DNA of 64,000 nt from Auanema rhodensis (taxonomy: Eukaryota; Animalia; Nematoda). Made by a program: the position numbers and the translations under genes. The notes beneath the pieces were generated by a model. It was not told the origin of the DNA and did no database searches. It worked only from the letters and a program-made list of their open reading frames with translations. Positions 38,371 to 54,500 of the stretch are shown in pieces. The stretch covers positions 9,982,001-10,046,000 of the forward strand of contig OZ059894.1 in NCBI GenBank assembly GCA_964057225.1. The letters are read 5' to 3'. Within the stretch, counting starts at the first letter, position 1, and every line of letters begins with the position of its first letter.

Positions 38371-41300
38371 TTATTCAAATTTAATAAAAGAAGAAGAGCA
38401 TGATGATCTTTTCAAACATTATATAAATATAATACGAAAATGAATTAAAACAAGTGTCATTTTAGACCATGGATAGCTTCCAACAACCTGTTAGCCAGAA
38501 AAACCGAATGTCAGCAGTAGGGCACATCGATGTAAAATGATATTTCTTCTTGAAGTAGGTTATTTATAACGTCTTTATCACACTTGACTAAGAAAATCTA
38601 GCAAAGCCTTGATACAAATCAACTCAATAGATAGAAATGCTTTTGAGGTGTAACAGAAGGGCTGTCCTTGCATCACCTCCTACCCTCTTTACATGCACGT
38701 GTGCCAGTTGGCATTTAACAGAAAGTACCGAAGCCACAACAAACCAATAAATTGACATCTTTCAAAGTTATTTTCAAAAAAAAAAGAACGAATAAACAAA
38801 GAAAATGATGACAGTGGAGGCGTGCATGCGTAGAATTATTATCTACTGCCGTCAGTATTTTGTTAAGTTCCGCGTCATGCTCACGCTCGAGTTTCTTAAT
38901 ATTACTTGTAAAACCAACACACTTTTTATATTCATGTACATACGTTTATCTTTAATCTGACTATTAAAAACAACTAAAATGAGTTCAAAACTTATTTTAC
39001 ATGCAGTTACTTTAAAGTGTAATTCTTAATGAACTCTTTCGTCGTTTTATCTGTGTTGGCACTGCTGTTCAATGCCTCTTTGTCTTGCATCTTTTCTTTG
39101 TTAATTTATCCATATTTACCTCATAATATGTTTCCAGGAACGGACTTCTCGGCACTGAATCTCGGTTAAGGATCCTCATTCAATCTTCGATTCGCTAACT
39201 TTCTTGTGGTACAGTAATAAACATGATTTCAAACTACACCTTTTGAATTTAAATAAAGTTTATAATAGCCTCACAGCGTTATGAGAATCATAACGTTGTA
39301 GGAAAACTAATAAATGATTGAATACTATCTAGAAAATTTGATTTTGATTTCGAGAGGATATTCGTCTAAACCGAGCTAAGCACAGTGCTAAGCTTTCACA
39401 AGTTTTGAAAAATAAAAATAACCAGCTTCTTGAGTGGTATTTTGGATTAAAGGCCCCGTATTTGCTTCCGGTTTCTGGAAGCTAATGAACTATGATAACT
39501 TCGCCATAAATTCAACATATTCGTTTGTCACCTCTCATGTATCACATGCGATGACATCCAGCCCACATACAGGGGGTGGGGATTTCTAAGATATGAAAGA
39601 ATACAGCGATGAAAGGCAGGAGAGTCAGTTTTTCATAACTCAGATAACCTGGACTCTCCAGCTACCGCCTACTATATGGGCAAGTTCTCTAATGATGCGG
39701 CTGTCGAAAGAGAAGCTTCTTCTAAGCTTAGCAAGTGTAAAATTCTGTTTCAGCCCAGTCGAATATTCACCTAAATTGTTTGTCTAAATTCATTATTTTC
39801 TTTGAAACTGTTTACTTGAACATAAAGTCTTCCTCCCCATTTACGGTTCTATTGGTTAATTTCGGAATTTGCGCCAATTCCTAATTAGAATACTTTTTGT
39901 TTGTCACGTTTCTGTGACGCGGTCATTTTCATTTTCTGTTTTTATCGCACAGGTCGTACAATTATTTTTTCGATAACCATATGAAATCCAGCCGTGAGTT
40001 TAATTTTTAGCTTAATCGAACAAAATTCAATTAAATTCCTGATAGTCTCGTATGTATTCTCGAAAGTTCTGTGTTTCTTCTCTCATTGCCTTCTCTCTAT
40101 CCGTGTCGTCAGTTTTTCCCTTGACAAATGAGAGGTGTTCTTCAACAAACGAGAACTAGTGTAATGAGAGCTTGGATATCTTAAATTATTTTCGTTTACT
40201 TTTATTAACGCTCCATTATTTATTTTGAATTTCTGGCTCGTGCGCTGATCTTGTCGACCTGCTAGTAGTTCACAATGTTTCCTTTTTGTAGCAACGCTAA
40301 ATGGGTTAAACTTGCTAGGTTGAATCGCATTATCTTTTCATATCTCTCAGATTCATTTTTAGACAAAATTTTGTGTCCATCTCTGTTCTGAATTATTTTC
40401 ACAAAAAAAATATATAATTTTAACATATATAATAAGACGTTGTAGTTGAATAAAACTCCATTTTTATACATAAATACAAGACTAATACCATTGTGCTATT
40501 TCTATTCCTATTTCTAATTTTAGTAGCCAATTTACTGTCAGTAGCCCAGGTACCGACATTTGTCTTGCGGATTTTCGCGCCTTTTTCGTGTTAGCGTTTG
40601 CCCAAACACTGCACTAGCTGTTCAGATTCTTAGTTCGTCCCACCTTAACAATATTCAAAACGTACGTTAATACGTATTAAACCTTTTAGTTTCTTTTTTT
40701 CAAATTTAAAAACTAGAAATATGGGGCTGGTACATGAAAGTGTACCAACGCCAGAGATTGTAAACATATGCTAGGCATATGTGAGAATATCTTGTTAATG
40801 TTTGTTAGGCATGTGGCTAAAACATCTTCTCACATTTGAATGTGTCACTATTTACTCATAGCAGCAATCTTTTCAAATACTCTTAGTACTTCATACTATA
40901 GGTTGTACTACCTATAATATTGTTACTATACTTTCATAATTGGCACATATTTCACATGATATATTATTTTGGAATTGGGTGGATGACAAAGCCCGATAGA
41001 ACAAAGCGAGCTCACACGAAGTGCAAATATGCATCTCGCCGATACGTCCCGTTGCATCTTGCTACAAATGCTAGGTTCTGCTGTCTGACCTTACGTTGAC
41101 TGAATTCTAAAAATATCTTTTCACTTCCCGGAAACAACTTCATGATTTGAATTTTCAACCACTTTTGTATTATTCAAAAATGTTTCTTTTCTGATTCATT
41201 TCGTCACACACAATTTATTATTTCTTATCTTATAACCATTTTTTATCTAGCGAGTTAAGGTTCTGAATCATTCCCTGTCCGGTTTTCCATCGGGCTTTGA

Positions 41301-42206
41301 GTGGACAATCGGAACCTCGCCATGTATTGCTTGCTGGCGTCTCTTTACAGTTAATGACATTTCTGGAAATTGCAGCCATTTTCGGTTTGAATTTCAGTTG
41401 TGAGTGTCAATTTGAAAATTGTTGTATGGGATTCTGTTTCGTCTCACAAATCAATGATTCACTACGTTTATCTATCTAATCCCGTTTAGTTCGACAGTAG
41501 CGTATAGGTATTGTAGCTGACAATCACATGAGAGATGTGTAATCCTCTAGGAAATGAATATAGACTCTTTGAATATTGAAATGTGTCACTTCTTTTGGTT
41601 CTTATCTTAGCAGCACTTCTATTATGCCAATTCGATCCCGATCGAACTTTTTCTGATATTAGTTTATTGCTTCTTTTTATTCTTTTGCTTGTTTATTTTC
41701 ATTACATTGTTTGCCTTCGAGAAAAAGGTTTTTTCTCTTCTTTTTTTAGACATAAATTTTGTATTTATTGTTATTTCATTTACATGTTCACCTCTTTTTG
41801 TAACACGCATATTCTAGAAAGCAATTAACGCCTAGTTTTGTTTCTCTCAGAGGACCCTTGAAAATCCCTTACTATCCTTTATCTTCTTGTCCTTGAGCTT
41901 GGAGTCGTTTTGTATTCTTCCTTTGCGCACCCGTTCTTGCATTGTTTGATTATGTTGTTGTGGAGTGCTGCTCCGACCACCTATCCTTCTCTTCTCTAAC
42001 GTTTTTCTGACATTGCCTGACTTTCTCTTTATCATTTTTTGAAATTTAGTTTTGGTAGTCGTAAAAGTTGTTTCCTACACTATTTAGACTGTTTCTGATA
42101 ATTGATTGCCATTATTATTATTACTGAACCTACTTGTATTAATGTTCCTACTTTATCTACCTTTTTTCATAATAAAGTTCATGTGACCAGTATTACAGGC
42201 TGTGGA

Positions 42207-46340
<4,134 letters not shown>

Positions 46341-48787
46341 ACTAAAACTAAGCATCATTTCCTATTGAGGGTTTTTAATGTAATTCTCTGTGCATCTTTC
46401 AAACTAATTTTTTGCGTTTTGTTACAAAAAACAATTTCTTTTTATACTCACACCTCAATTAAACTTCAAGTTATTATTTATGTCCTGATACTTCCTGATA
46501 GAATTTATCTAGTCTTATTTATATTTTATATTGCTACCGTTTTATAGGATGACTTTGCTTTCTCTTGTGTAAATAATTAGTGATGTTGCGATAGTGAGAA
46601 TTACATTTCGCTCACATAAATTGTACTCGCGAATAGTAGTAATAAAATAATAATTTACTTTTTTCTTCTGTTAGTTTTAATAATTTTTCTTATCACTCGG
46701 TCGTTCATTATTTCCACTTCATATTGAAGGAAGCTATTCTTTCGTATTTCATTGTGATTCCCGAAAAGTGGTCTCTGATGACTACGAATCCTTTAGTCTA
46801 TTCAGTTTAATAGATATACACACATTGATTGAAATGCTAAAGAATTTTTCAAACTTTCAAATTCTTAGTGTCAATTTATATTTAGAACAGGATGTGTCGC
46901 AATCATCAGCTATTTTCGTTTGTTGTACAAGCAATGCATACAACCACTTGTATATGTTGCTGTTTATACATCATACACAGTTAGAAGTTGATTTTCTCTT
47001 TTTTAGATTTATATCATTTTATTAATTGTGTGCTATGTTTATTTAATCCATGTACGCTAATACATGTGTCGCTATTTTATACTTGTTGTTTCCCAGCACT
47101 TTTGAATCTTCAGATTAAAAGTTCCCATTGAACTTCCAAATTTCAAAAAAGTAGTAGTATGATCGCTGAGCCTAGTTACAATTCACGGAAACTAGTTGTA
47201 CTCAAGTTGACTGTTCTGGTTTCATTATGAGAAACAAGATATGAATGACAGCCTGTTTATAAATTCCAAGCTGTGCCAGCCGATCGCTGTCTTCCTAAAA
47301 CAAGCTTTAAGGCGAATGCTCCTTTGCGGGAAGTCACAGGATAGCTTTATATTTGCAGAGTTGAGCCCGTTTTCCTTTTAAAAAAAAGGCCAATGTTCGG
47401 ACATATCACACATAATAATTCGTTTCCGGCAGTTTCTTGATTATTTCGTAGTTGGACTGATATGACTATTGATTGACACTTTCTCGTTCAGGTTTCCGAA
47501 AGGCAATAAACGATATTTCAAAAATTGCTGAAGGTAGTGATATCACAGCCACGTCTGTCTTCTATTTTATCAAATTTTCTATAATATAGTCGCATGATTC
47601 TCTCAAATTGTTACGAAATGAAATTTGATGATTTCCATATAATTTTCCATATTTGTATTAGTTTTTTCACCTTTCACTTCGACAGTAGCGAACTCTATTG
47701 CGTGTAATTTTCCAGTGAAATACCAACTTGATTGTGAGAGACGAAGAGATGGTGAGAAACAGAGAATCAGGTTGTATAGAAAACCCTATGAAATAGCTTG
47801 CTAGATTGCAGATCAGAGCGGCAGTGGCAAGACACTGATCTATTGTTAGAGAGTGCAGAGAAATAAAGCCCCGCGAGAGAGTGTTGGCCCAGTGGGGAGA
47901 TATTGGCGGGAGACACCATTCGATGGATGGAGTGTGCAGGGCCAGGCGGTCCTGCAAGGCCCATTCTCTATGGAAACCCTCAACTGCACAGTTAAAGTCT
48001 TCATTTTCTTTATCGCTTTCGATCAGAAACTAGCAACCTTCTGATAATATTGGACATTATTTTTTTAGTTTATAATGATTGACCCGTATTTATGCCCATT
48101 GCTGTTTAGCCCCATTTAAGAAAGCGTTACAATTTAAAATTGTATGTGGCTGTTCCAATCTTTCCTTTTTATTTATTTTAGATTATTAATGCCTGTGTTT
48201 AAGTCTATTGTTTTGAGACGAAGGGTATCAAAATTAATAAATACAAATGTATAGTACTGTTCTGTTGTTAGACTTAACAGATAGCTATTTCATTTTTTGT
48301 GTTTTTGTAGAAATGCAAGCTGATTGTGTAGTTTTAAAACACTTTGATCTTAATTTCTTCTTTATTCTAAGACATCTATGCTTATACATCATTCGACGAG
48401 TTTTTAAGGATATGACGTCATTTGTGTGCAGTGTTGAGTCATGTGCCTAGAGGGGAGGGGTGCCTGCAAAACTTAAGTATGAATTTTGTCTGCCTGCCCT
48501 CATTTCTTTTTTTCCAAAGAAAACATTTTAACAACGCTTTGAAAATACTAGATATTTCTTCCCTATTGAGAACAGACATTCTATGCTATTTAGTTTTGCG
48601 TTTACCGCAGCATTCTATTTATTGATTGGGGCCGTTTTGGGACAATTGTTAGTTCATAATTGCCTTTTTAATTACGTATCTCGGATTTTGTATCGTGTTT
48701 ATGTTTCACAAGTGAACTGTTTTTATTTGAAGGAAAATCCTTGAAACTTGGCTTAAACGAACAAATCACTGGGACAGCCAGTTGTGC

Positions 48788-49199
48788 ATGTTTTTGTGCC
48801 CAACGAAACACCACCGATATTTAGATTTTATGATCGACAACCCTCAAGAAGGTAAGCAAATTTAAGATAAAAAATGAAAATCGTTAATCGATTGATACGT
48901 CATTTCGCATTTGCTATTAAGCGTAAGCGGTTGCATGCAAATATTTGAAACAACTGAAAGTATATTCCAATTAAGAAGTAAGAAGTGAAGATTAATATTT
49001 AAATTTTAGGGAGGTTGTCCAGAAAAAGAAAGAAACTGAAGATCGTTAGATCTACAGCGTCCACAGACGCAGATTCCCATACGTCCCTCGTATGCTATTT
49101 GCACCAAACCCAGCAATTATCATCTGAAAACGAAGTTTTTAGTAGCAGCAGGCAAGAAAGCTAAACTTATGAAAGTGTTCATTGACATGATTTAGATAA
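48788..49199 (+). promoter_or_regulatory. Spliced upstream ORF in the eIF5 5' leader (copy 1) with poor-context AUGs
   Basis: In-frame TGC-ATG-T (48788) and TTT-ATG-A (48830); intron 48852-49009; the ORF stops at 49162-49164 if 49152-49195 is retained, or at 49197-49199 if it is spliced as GC-AG. Confidence 0.7.
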
Positions 49200-49211
49200 T
49201 AATCCGTAAAA

Positions 49212-50816
49212 ATGGCTCTTAATGTCAACCGTTCGGTCACTGACCCCTTCTACCGTTACAAAATGCCTAAATTGCAGGCTAAGGTAAGATTTCTGTAGCT
49301 CGTAAGTTTATATCATGTTTTCCTGTAGGTTGAAGGAAAAGGAAACGGAATCAAAACTGTTATTGCCAATATGACTGAGATAGCCAAATCTCTTGAACGT
49401 CCTCCAATGTGTACGCGACCAGAATTTTGAACTGAATAATTGATAATCAACATTACAGATCCTACCAAGTACTTTGGTTGTGAATTAGGAGCTCAGACCA
49501 ATTTTGATGCTAAAAATGAAAGATACATCGTTAATGGTGAACATGATGCACACAAGTTGCAAGATATCCTTGATGGTTTTATCAAAAAGTTTGTTCTCTG
49601 CCCATCATGTGATAACCCTGAAACCGCATTGGTAAATCATTTCCATATTTCGAAAACCTCTAGGGTTCCTGTTTTAGTCTGTTCGCCGCAACTTGATTAA
49701 CAGCAAATGTAAAGCTTGTGGTCACAACTTCACCATTGATAACAAGCACAAGTTGCACACATACATCATTCGCAATCCTCCTAAGGTTGAGATTGATTTC
49801 TGTAAGTTTGTTTAACTCTCAAAGCCAACTTGAATAATCAAATACGTTTTAAGCCAAAGCTAAGGAGAATGGCTGCACTAAGGAGAAGGAAAATAGCGAA
49901 GGAAATGATGACAGAGTAAGACTATTAATGGCTGATGAAGGATGTAACTAATTTCTTTTATAGAGTTCTAATGATGATGATGAGGATGATGAGGATTGGT
50001 CTCCTGAACCTGTTGAAGAAGTAACCAAGCTTTCCGCTGGTATTGGAAAGCTGGTCATTGACAAAGATTTGGATAAAAGTTTGGAGGAACGCCTTGACAT
50101 GCTACATCAATTTGTCATCCAGAAGAAAGAAGAAAATGATATTGGGGATGGAAAGGTAACCTAATATCGGATTCTATAGTAATTTCGCATTTAAGATTCT
50201 GGCTGATGAAGCTGAGCGATTGGAATTGAAACAAAAGGCAGGTACTGTGATGGTTCATGGGCTCTTAGACGAAAATATCTTGACCGAGAAGCAATTGGAG
50301 AAATATCGCAATCCATTCTTGAGAATCACACTCAATGATAAGAAGGTACGAAACATATTTTAATATTCTAGTAATCCAGTTCTTGTTTCAGGCTCAAAGA
50401 TACTTCCTTGGAGGTATTGAGCAACTTATCATCAAGCACGAGAATGATTTGTTCCCAAGAACTGCCCACATCATTAAGGCTATATATGATAACGATATTG
50501 TCGACGAAGAAGTTTTGATCGCTTGGGGTGAAAAGCCGTCATCCAAGTATGTGTCTAAGAAAGATGCCAAAAGGATTATTGATAAATCGGAAAAAGTCTT
50601 GACTTGGCTTAAAGAAGCTTCGGAAGAAGAAGAGTCGGACGAAGAGGATGAAGAAAATGTTGTTGTAAGTCCATATTTTCGTGCCTCTTTTTCAAATTCA
50701 CTTTTCAGTTCGATGATCGTCAGCCACATAGAGCAACTGTCATTCAACCTAAGATTGCTGAAACAATCATTGTTGAAGATGGAGACGGCACTGAAGTTAA
50801 CATTGATGATATTTGA
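49212..50816 (+). CDS. EIF5: Eukaryotic translation initiation factor 5 (copy 1)
   Basis: [72 protein letters not shown]2 domain ([25 protein letters not shown]), ends VNIDDI*. Confidence 0.97.
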
Positions 50817-51159
50817 ATTTTTTTAAACATTATTATAATCACAAACTTACTGAATCCTATGTTGAGGCCTCCATGTGAGCCCTTGTTTCTAACTTTGAAC
50901 TATAATCGCCATCTAATAGAGCATTGATTCTTACTGGAATCTAGCTAATTTGAAGTTATTCTGAGCGGCTATAGTGTTTTTATAAAACTACAATTTGTTG
51001 TCCTCCTCTATAGTTTTTCTTGAAGTGTTCTCTTTTGTATCGTATTTGAATCTTTTTAAGTAAATCATTATTTTCAGTTGCTTATATCGTTGTTTGGGTT
51101 TTTACTATGACAGAATATTTTATAATATGATAAAACAACATTATATAGTTGTTTTAGCT

Positions 51160-53039
51160 ATGGGAACCAGAAGAATATCAACTAGGCATGGGGATTTCAC
51201 ATTGTTTTTTACTAGACAGAGTCCATTTTCAAATTTTTATCCAGTTCGCTTTGATGTCGAGTATTTTTCTGATTACAAGGGCGGACACTTTTCCAGCGTA
51301 GAACAGTATTACATGCAAGTTTTCATAATTAATTTAAATCTGAATATATTGATCCATGTTTTTAAGGTATAATAAGGCTTTGTCATTTGGATGTACAGAG
51401 GAAGCAGAAAATATTTTGAAAGAAAAAGATCCCAGACAAGCTAAAATCATAGGAGCCAGCTTACCTTACTTCGATAAAGAAAAGTGAGACCTTCAAGGTA
51501 AAAACACATAACACACAGTGTTATGTAGATGGGACAAACTGAGTGCAAAGATAATGAAGAATGGCTTAAAAGCCAAATTCTCTCAAAACGATGATTTATT
51601 GTATCTTCTGTTTCTTACAAAAGGTTCGCAACTTGTAGAGTGTTCACCCACTGATAACGTATGGGGCATAGGTATGCGTTCATATTGAATTATTTGGAAA
51701 CAATTCATTGTTAAAGGTATGTCCATCGATGATCCAGACGCTGGAAATCCGAATCGCTGGAAAGGAACGAACAGATTAGGAGTTTTGATGAGTGAGATTA
51801 GAGATAGTCTGTGGGATGAGGAACGACATAGGTAATGGTCACACAATAATATTCTTACTTGAAAAACAGAAGAATTCGGGAAAAGGCAGAAATTAAAATA
51901 TATCAAAGTCATGACTTGGCTGAAGCATTCCATTTGAATGTTTTGAATTTAACTCGGTGTGTTATACCTGGATTTTGGGTTTGAATGTTGATTTTGAGGC
52001 GAAACGAAAAATATTACCGAAGTTTAAGAAAATACGACGACTCCAGCCATAGAAGCAGTAGTATAAAGGTTATCCCTATGTTATTCAGCTTCGTATTTAA
52101 GTTCTCGGTAAAATGAGGTGGCGATCTCGACATGATAGCAAATCGAAATCTCCGAAAAGGACCCGATGTATTTTGTGGGATTGATGTCAGATTGCTTAAT
52201 ATATAGTATTTCAGTTTCAAGCCCTTATGGTTCAATTCAAAGCCCCCCTAGGAATAGTCGCTGGCCTATCAGAGACCGCCAGCACGGAAGGAAAAGGCAT
52301 AGATCAGGTTTATTATATATCCTATTCTTAGCCGTTGCCTGTATTTCAGCCAAGTTTTTCGATTTCAGATTCCCCATCGCCATCCTACAGAGACAGAAAA
52401 TCTGAACATAAACGTGTTTCGAGAAATCATGATGTTTTTCAACCAGTAAAGAATATGCTCAGTTTCCAACATCCCGATCTTCTTTTCTTAGGATGGCTCA
52501 CACGAAAAAGAAAACACAGTTACGAATTCAAATGTTCAGAAGGATGCTGGCGATCTGGATATCAAGCAATCCTCAAAGACTCCGGCTGGAAACAAGGTTT
52601 GTGGAATTATCTAAGCACTGTTTTAAAGGGTTTCATCAGAACAAAAGAGAACCTATCGTATGGGATATAAACAGCAATTCTAACGATAATATTAAAGTTG
52701 TGGAAATCTTCAGTTTGAAAAGACAACATAACACATCATTTTCTGTTTGTTCTGGGAAGATTAATAAGAAAAAGGTCATCAGAAATGATCAGATTTTCAT
52801 CGAAAAGTTGGCCTAGAGATTTCGATTGGATCTCTTATATTAACTACTCTCATTTTAGCAAAAAGAAAGCTGATAATGAACCAAAGATTCTTGCGTTATC
52901 AACGATAAATGATAAGACAGCCCCAGTGGGTTTTACAAATTTTGTGAGGTAACTCAAGCTCAAACTTCAGATTGATAACTTATTGAACCGCATGAGGACA
53001 TTGGTTTGGGGAAAAAGAACTTCGAAAATTACCAAATGA
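51160..53039 (+). CDS. NADAR/YbiA-family protein with a C-terminal Arg/Ser-rich tail (copy 1)
   Basis: [72 protein letters not shown] are NADAR motifs. Downstream exons encode [15 protein letters not shown] and [11 protein letters not shown]; the tail exon boundaries are less certain. Confidence 0.85.
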
Positions 53040-54076
53040 CAGAAATAGAATATTTATATGATCTCAGCTTATAGATCTTCATACCTCATATTCTCAGATG
53101 TTTAATAGATTTTATCCTCCCTGTCTCAATCACAAACTGTATCTCTTTTTTTTTAATTCATGAGAACTTGAAATTATCATTTTCCTGCAGGAATATTTCA
53201 AAAATAGGCTCAAACATTCATGAACAGCCGATTTTTCAATCTTGAAGAGAAAAATTATGCGCTATTTTTATGCTAATTTGACGTGGCACAGAATGAAAAC
53301 TGATTCATTGTAGCTTCAATTATATTTTTTTGAATTTCGACTATTAATTATTTTAATGATTGAGAAAATAATAAAGATATTTTTGACCTACTTCTTGTTT
53401 ACAAGAAAAAATAAGATAAAGGTAAGATCAACTAAAATAAATTGCGTTTGATAGGTTAAAGCATCAAACTACGAAAAGGGTCGTAAATTTAATATTCACA
53501 TTGGTTTGCTAAAGTTCATTAATTTATATTTGAATGCACAATCCTGTACAGAATGATTTATAAATGACATTTTTAAATACTGAATGACAAATAAAGCTTT
53601 TTTTCTCAAGTATAATGGCTAATGGCAGTGTATAAATCTAAATACATATTCAGCTATTTTTGTTTCGAAAAAAAATTATTCTAGAAAATTCAATAAAAGA
53701 GACTTTTAATATTAAATACTAAATAATACTCTCTAACTCCATAACACGAGTTCATGCGATCCATTCTTTGTTTCATTGGAGCAGCGAAGAGATACGCTTG
53801 TGTATTTTAGTTAAAGGGCGGTAACTGAATACCGTTTCTATGTTGAACGAGATTTTCAGTTTTCACTAAAAATTAACATTGTGGGTATTTAGTGTCGTCT
53901 TTTCAAATCTTTTATTGATTGGAATTATTTTAGGACAATCATTTTATATTATTTCTATTTCGTTTTCTTTTTCTATTGTTTCATCATTAAGTTTTCACAA
54001 GTGAACTGTTTTTATTTGAAGGAAAATCCTTGAAACTTGGCTTAAACGAACAAATCACTGGGACAGCCAGTTGTGC

Positions 54077-54488
54077 ATGTTTTTGTGCCCAACGAAACAC
54101 CACCGATATTTAGATTTTATGATCGACAACCCTCAAGAAGGTAAGCAAATTTAAGATAAAAAATGAAAATCGTTAATCGATTGATACGTCATTTCGCATT
54201 TGCTATTAAGCGTAAGCGGTTGCATGCAAATATTTGAAACAACTGAAAGTATATTCCAATTAAGAAGTAAGAAGTGAAGATTAATATTTAAATTTTAGGG
54301 AGGTTGTCCAGAAAAAGAAAGAAACTGAAGATCGTTAGATCTACAGCGTCCACAGACGCAGATTCCCATACGTCCCTCGTATGCTATTTGCACCAAACCC
54401 AGCAATTATCATCTGAAAACGAAGTTTTTAGTAGCAGCAGGCAAGAAAGCTAAACTTATGAAAGTGTTCATTGACATGATTTAGATAA
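54077..54488 (+). promoter_or_regulatory. eIF5 upstream ORF (copy 2)
   Basis: Same sequence as 48788-49199, shifted by 5289. Confidence 0.7.
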
Positions 54489-54500
54489 TAATCCGTAAAA

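Larger units (their letters stand above)
48704..53144 (+). repeat. Tandem segmental duplication, copy 1 (4441 bp; eIF5 + NADAR)
   Basis: Matches 53993-58433 at offset 5289; the only difference I noticed is T49444 vs C54733 (intronic). Confidence 0.95.

Noticed and set aside
38400-42180. Short ORFs and several small palindromes (e.g. ACATATGCTAGGCATATGT at ~40764) upstream of atn-1
   Set aside because: No coherent exon chain or repeat structure; most likely cis-regulatory/outron sequence of the muscle gene.
47160-47470. GGGAAGTC motif as the RNase P/MRP P4 helix
   Set aside because: No matching CR-V partner strand beyond 5 bp, and the other conserved regions are absent.
47716-47995. Telomerase RNA or SRP RNA identity for the GC-rich island
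   Set aside because: No 1.5-repeat GCCTAA-type template; the SRP-like words (GGATGGAGTG, GGCGGTCCTG) have the wrong spacing and there is no Alu/S-domain layout.
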